From assembly GCA_049614465.1 (NCBI GenBank), contig JBMZDS010000001.1, positions 1-36,362 on the forward strand: a stretch of 36,362 bases of DNA, read 5' to 3'. Positions 32,647 to 36,362 of this stretch are shown here, in pieces (within the stretch, counting starts at the first letter, position 1; each line of letters opens with the position of its first letter). The position numbers and the translations under genes were made by a program. Under the pieces are notes generated by a model that was given only the letters and a program-made list of their open reading frames with translations, was not told the DNA's origin and searched no databases. The stretch comes from Chitinophagales bacterium. Lineage in GTDB: Bacteria; Bacteroidota; Bacteroidia; Chitinophagales; UBA8649.

Positions 32647-33896
32647 TCTTCCACTTCAAATCTTTCTATTTCTATTGTTTTAATACGTACATTTTCTGCA
32701 CTTACAATATGAATATGAAAGTTGTTAATTGTTATTTTTTCGCCTTCTTGGGGAATACTTTCGTAGGTTTCTACTACATACCCTGCAAGCGTTTCGTATT
32801 CTCCTTCTGGGATATTTAAGTCGTATTTTTCGTTGAGATAGTCTATTTCTAGCCTTGCAGAAAAAACATATTTATCTTCAGTCAGTTGTTTTTCGATAAA
32901 TTCATCTTCATCGTGTTCATCTTGTATCTCTCCAAATATTTCTTCTATCAAATCTTCAAGAGTTACAATCCCTGCTGTCCCACCAAATTCATCTACTACA
33001 CAAGCAATATTTTTATGTTCTTTGGTGAATTTTGTGAGTAAATCCCTAGCACTCATAGCTTCAGGTACGACTAATATATCATAGATGTTGTCACGTACAG
33101 ATTTGGGTTCGTTGATTAAATCAAAATGATGTACATACCCTAAAATATTATCAATATTCTCTTCATAAATCAAAATTCGAGACAATTTAGACTCTACAAA
33201 TTTCTCTACTAAATCTTCAAGATTACTACTTACATCTAGTGCTTGTATTTCCATTCTAGGCACCATACATTCTCTTATTTTGACCTCTTTGAGATAAAGT
33301 GCTTTTTCAAAAATGTCTGCATTGAGTTCATCATCATCATCGCCAGGATGTCCAACGGATACGTGTTTGATGTAGTTCTCTAAATCTATAGCCGTAAAAA
33401 CAGCTTTTTCATTGTCATATTGTTGCGGCATTATCCATTTTATAACCATTTTGGCAGTGGTGCTAAATAGATAGGCGGGATATTTTAAGATACTATAAGC
33501 AAATTGTAGTGGAATAGCTATCAATGAAAGTGTGCGATAAGGAGAAAGACGAAATAATGCTTTAGGAATAAATTCTCCAAAAATAAGTACAGTGATAGTC
33601 GTGATGATAGTTTGCAATAAAAGAGAAACTCCTCCATTACCCAATAATCCAAAATCATCAGCTAGTACTCTTGCCATATATCCACTAAAAAGAATAAGCA
33701 TGATATTGTTGCCTATTAGTAATGCGGTGATGAAGTTTGATTCGTTTTCGTAAAATCGAGCAAGTATTTTTTCTGAGCGAGTGCCTGACTGTTTGTTCAG
33801 TTCTACTTTAAATTTATTGGAAGAGACAAAAGCAATCTCTATCCCTGAAAATAAGGCAGAGCAAAACAACGTGAATATTAAAAGAAAATATATCAT
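32643..33896 (-). CDS. CNNM/hemolysin-family protein (DUF21 membrane domain, CBS pair, CorC_HlyC domain)
   Basis: Four N-terminal TM helices (GIEIAFVSSNK.., LIGNNIML), a CBS pair (IRECMVPRMEI.., CVVDEFGGTAGIVTLEDLIEEIFGEI) and a CorC-type C-terminus. Confidence 0.85.
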   Translation of the reverse strand: MIYFLLIFTLFCSALFSGIEIAFVSSNKFKVELNKQSGTRSEKILARFYENESNFITALLIGNNIMLILFSGYMARVLADDFGLLGNGGVSLLLQTIITTITVLIFGEFIPKALFRLSPYRTLSLIAIPLQFAYSILKYPAYLFSTTAKMVIKWIMPQQYDNEKAVFTAIDLENYIKHVSVGHPGDDDDELNADIFEKALYLKEVKIRECMVPRMEIQALDVSSNLEDLVEKFVESKLSRILIYEENIDNILGYVHHFDLINEPKSVRDNIYDILVVPEAMSARDLLTKFTKEHKNIACVVDEFGGTAGIVTLEDLIEEIFGEIQDEHDEDEFIEKQLTEDKYVFSARLEIDYLNEKYDLNIPEGEYETLAGYVVETYESIPQEGEKITINNFHIHIVSAENVRIKTIEIERFEVED

Positions 33897-34003
33897 TGCT
33901 GCAAAAATAAGACAAATTATCCTGTATTGTTGATTTTTTTATGGCATCGTTTTTGTTAAGTATCGCATTTTAAATCATATTTGAATATCTAAAAACGAAA
34001 ACT

Positions 34004-34939
34004 ATGAAGAAAATATCTATTTTATTAATGACTGCATTATTCTTATTGCCTGCGATGATGTATGCGCAAGATGAAGCAGGAGATGTAGCAAAAGAATCGA
34101 GATGGACATGGGGAGGATTTTCTACCGTGCAATTTGGACAGACAGCCCTTGTCAATTGGGCAGGAGGAGGAAATAGTAATATTTCTTCAACTTTACAAAC
34201 CAATCTTTTTGCTAACTATAAAAAAGGAAAGCACACAGTAGATAATACATTTAATGGTACTTTAGGTTTTGTCAAAAACAAAGGCGAAGATCTCAGGAAA
34301 AATGATGACATCTTGGCATTCAATTCTAAATATGGTTATGCTCTTGGGGGAGATTCAAGTAAATGGTTTATTTCAGGGCTTTTGGATTTTAAGAGTCAAT
34401 TTATGATGGGGTATAATTATTCTGATGATGGACAGACAAAAACATTAAACTCTAGATTTGCTGCGCCTGCATATTTGACTATTGCATTAGGGGTAGATTA
34501 TAAGCCTAGTGATGAGTTTTCATTGTTTCTTTCTCCTGCTACTGGTAAGTTTACTATTGTAAGAGATGACAATCTAGTGCCTATATATAATAGCGAAGGG
34601 AAAAATGTAAATGCAGAGTTTGGAGCTTATATGCGTGCTAATTTGCAAAAGGAATTGTTTAAAAATGTTACATTGAGAAGTACGTTAGAATTATTTAATA
34701 ATTATACTGATACAGATAAAGGTAATCGTAAAAATATAGATGTAGATTGGCAAACAGGGATTGATATGAAGGTTAATGAATGGTTGCTAGCAACTATTTC
34801 TACTCACTTAAAATATGATCATGATGTGAAGTTCGGATTTGACAATGATGGAGATGGTGTCGATGATAGTAGTGGGCCAAGAACGCAATTTAAAGAGTCG
34901 TTTACGCTTGGACTTACATACAAGTTTGGCGATAAATAA
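34004..34939 (+). CDS. DUF3078 family outer-membrane beta-barrel protein
   Basis: Signal peptide ending AQD, then the characteristic W-x-WGG..Q..LVNWAGGGNSNIS block. Confidence 0.8.
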   Translation: MKKISILLMTALFLLPAMMYAQDEAGDVAKESRWTWGGFSTVQFGQTALVNWAGGGNSNISSTLQTNLFANYKKGKHTVDNTFNGTLGFVKNKGEDLRKNDDILAFNSKYGYALGGDSSKWFISGLLDFKSQFMMGYNYSDDGQTKTLNSRFAAPAYLTIALGVDYKPSDEFSLFLSPATGKFTIVRDDNLVPIYNSEGKNVNAEFGAYMRANLQKELFKNVTLRSTLELFNNYTDTDKGNRKNIDVDWQTGIDMKVNEWLLATISTHLKYDHDVKFGFDNDGDGVDDSSGPRTQFKESFTLGLTYKFGDK

Positions 34940-35000
34940 TAGATAGTTTCATTGAGAAGCTATGGACGATATATGGACGAAACCTACAACCCATAGTGTT

Positions 35001-35046
35001 GAAAATCCATTTTAAGGAAACTTAAAATGGATTTTCTTATTTTAGA
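35001..35046 (+). terminator. Strong rho-independent terminator after the DUF3078 gene
   Basis: Perfect 16-bp stem gaaaatccattttaag / cttaaaatggattttc, loop gaaa, followed by ttatttt. Confidence 0.8.
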
Positions 35047-35073
35047 CTAGCAAATATTTTTGCTCAATTAGCA

Positions 35074-35106
35074 TTGCTTAATTTTAAAATTAAAGTAGTA
35101 TCTTTG
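35074..35106 (+). promoter_or_regulatory. Candidate promoter of the yceD-rpmF(-fabH) cluster (-33 TTG, -7 TAtcTTTG)
   Basis: TTG at 35074-35076 and TAtcTTTG at 35099-35106, 22 nt apart. This predicts a ~20-nt leader ahead of the ATG at 35134. Confidence 0.4.
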
Positions 35107-35122
35107 CGTTTCCTTAAGAAAA

Positions 35123-35129
35123 AAGGAGG
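35123..35129 (+). promoter_or_regulatory. Shine-Dalgarno-like element AAGGAGG upstream of yceD
   Basis: AAGGAGG ends 4 nt before the ATG at 35134. It is the only strong SD-like element I saw upstream of any start codon in the window. Confidence 0.5.
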
Positions 35130-35133
35130 AAAA

Positions 35134-35658
35134 ATGAATGCACTAAAACCGTTTAAAATTCCCTTTGTAGGGATGAAAAACAAAGTGCATCTGCTTGATT
35201 TTAAAGTAGATAAGTTGTTCTTTCAATGTTTTGAAAATGCACTCATCACAGATTGTGATGTCGATATCAAAATAGAGTTTGATAAGAGAGAATCATTCTT
35301 TCATCTCAAGTTTTATATTGATGGACAAATCAATTTAGAGTGTCATCGCTGTTTGGAACGATACAATCAGCCTATTTTTGGCGATTATGAATTGTTTATC
35401 AAAGCTAGTGCTCCTAGAGAAAATACAGGAGTAGAAGATGTGATATACATTTCGCCAACAGATGATTTTGTCGATATATCAAAAGCGGTATATGATTACA
35501 TTTTGCTGAGTGTCCCATTACATCAGGTACATGCAGACCTAGAAGATGGCACGGCAGGATGTAGCATTGAAATGAATAATGAAAAAGAAAATAATAATAA
35601 AGAAGAAAGCATAGATCCTAGATGGGCGGCTTTACAAAATTTAAAAAATAAAAAATAA
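35134..35658 (+). CDS. yceD: YceD/DUF177 family protein (23S rRNA accumulation / ribosome-associated)
   Basis: CxxC-containing DUF177 core (LECHRCLERYNQP, DYILLSVPL) and the conserved position directly upstream of rpmF. The start is placed at ATG 35134, downstream of the predicted promoter. Confidence 0.8.
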   Translation: MNALKPFKIPFVGMKNKVHLLDFKVDKLFFQCFENALITDCDVDIKIEFDKRESFFHLKFYIDGQINLECHRCLERYNQPIFGDYELFIKASAPRENTGVEDVIYISPTDDFVDISKAVYDYILLSVPLHQVHADLEDGTAGCSIEMNNEKENNNKEESIDPRWAALQNLKNKK

Positions 35659-35664
35659 GATAAA

Positions 35665-35844
35665 ATGGCACATCCAAAGCGCAAAATATCGAAACAAAGA
35701 AGAGATAAAAGAAGAACGCACTATAAAGCGACTGCTCCTACAATTTCTATCTGTTCTGTTACTGGCGAAGCACACTTGCGTCACAGAGCATACATGGTAG
35801 ATGGTGTATTACACTATAGAGGAAAGCAACTTGTAGAAGCTTAA
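35665..35844 (+). CDS. rpmF: 50S ribosomal protein L32
   Basis: Not in the ORF track because it is 59 aa. Hand translation: [59 protein letters not shown]. This is a typical L32 N-terminus (MAHPKRK.SK.RRD.RR). Confidence 0.95.
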   Translation: MAHPKRKISKQRRDKRRTHYKATAPTISICSVTGEAHLRHRAYMVDGVLHYRGKQLVEA

Positions 35845-35879
35845 TTCTCTTTTTTTCTTTAAAAGAAAATAAATAGGCT

Positions 35880-36362
35880 ATGCCTACTATCACTGCGAGT
35901 ATCACAGGAGTTCAAGGCTATTTGCCAGAGTATCGCTTGACCAATGCCGAATTGGAAAAGATGGTGGATACTAATGATGAATGGATACGTACACGTACAG
36001 GTATAGAAGAAAGACGCATCTTGCGTGACAAAAATCTAGCAACATCAGATATGGCGGTGCAAGCCGTCAATACTTTGTTAGCTAAAAAGAATATTTCTCC
36101 AGAAGAAATAGAACTAGTGATATGTGCTACAGTGACGCCTGACATGGTGTTTCCTGCTACAGCCAATATCATTTCAGACAAATGTGGTATTACCAATGCC
36201 TTTAGTTTTGATGTCGGAGCAGCTTGTTCCGGCTTTTTATTTGCCCTAGAGACAGGAAGACGTTATATCGAGTCAGGTGCTTATAAAAAAGTACTTGTCA
36301 TTGGTGCAGATACCATGTCATCCATTATAGATTATACAGACAGAAATACTTGTATTATTTTT
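35880..36362 (+). CDS. fabH: Beta-ketoacyl-ACP synthase III (FabH), N-terminal 161 codons; the 3' end lies outside the window
   Basis: Absent from the ORF track because it runs off the window. Hand translation: MPTITASITGVQGYLPEYRLTNAELEKMVDTNDEWIRTRTGIEERRIL...FDVGAACSGFLFAL (active-site Cys motif). Confidence 0.93.
   Translation, partial: MPTITASITGVQGYLPEYRLTNAELEKMVDTNDEWIRTRTGIEERRILRDKNLATSDMAVQAVNTLLAKKNISPEEIELVICATVTPDMVFPATANIISDKCGITNAFSFDVGAACSGFLFALETGRRYIESGAYKKVLVIGADTMSSIIDYTDRNTCIIF

Noticed and set aside
32643-33896. Calling the DUF21-CBS-CorC protein GldE.
   Set aside because: Bacteroidota usually carry two such paralogues. There is no adjacent gldD, and the N-terminus (IEIAFVSSNKFKVEL..) looks to me like the non-GldE paralogue. 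I therefore left it as a CNNM/hemolysin-family protein.
33970-34203. 77-aa minus-strand ORF spanning the DUF3078 start region.
   Set aside because: It overlaps the well-supported DUF3078 gene in antisense and has no signal, motif or plausible promoter.
35918-36196. A 92-aa minus-strand ORF is the only track entry covering the right end of the window.
   Set aside because: It is antisense to an unmistakable fabH reading frame, which the ORF track omits only because it has no stop inside the window.
1-36362. I looked for tRNA, rRNA, CRISPR arrays, long direct DNA repeats, integrases, restriction/defence-type ATPases or nucleases, toxin-antitoxin pairs and phage genes.
   Set aside because: None found by eye. 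All large ORFs are accounted for by housekeeping, envelope or efflux functions, or by the few hypotheticals listed.

Overview
This is a low-GC segment of a Bacteroidota chromosome, probably Flavobacteriia-like. The taxon call rests on a gldB gliding lipoprotein, two proteins with T9SS C-terminal sorting domains, a DUF3078 outer-membrane protein, TAnnTTTG -7 promoter boxes and a near absence of Shine-Dalgarno sites. Most of the window is ordinary housekeeping and envelope content. From left to right it holds the 3' half of a fused 2-oxoacid dehydrogenase E1, a BON-LysM protein (Kbp/YgaU-like), YdcF/DUF218, DUF1015 and a PAP2-like membrane protein. Next come a TetR-TolC-MFP-RND efflux operon, three coupled genes of unknown function, a large GNAT/FemAB-like protein and recJ. 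These are followed by a secreted CotH-LTD-T9SS protein, a beta-barrel OMP and gldB, then a decayed IS4-family transposase relic, a second CotH paralogue and a PagL-like OMP with a premature stop. The right part carries nadE, nadK, a CBS protein, hflX, a PhoD phosphatase with Cys-rich repeats and a T9SS domain, an Omp85-like protein, a CNNM/CorC protein, DUF3078 and yceD-rpmF-fabH (fabH is cut by the window end). I found no tRNA, rRNA or CRISPR array, and no recognisable defence, toxin or phage module. The only clearly accessory stretch is about 20.56-23.67 kb, where the IS relic, CotH lipoprotein and truncated PagL-like gene sit between gldB and nadE. The only genuinely uncharacterised gene set is the three-gene envelope cassette at 11.46-12.81 kb. 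I do not see convincing evidence for a spectacular novel system, so the findings below are scored modestly.
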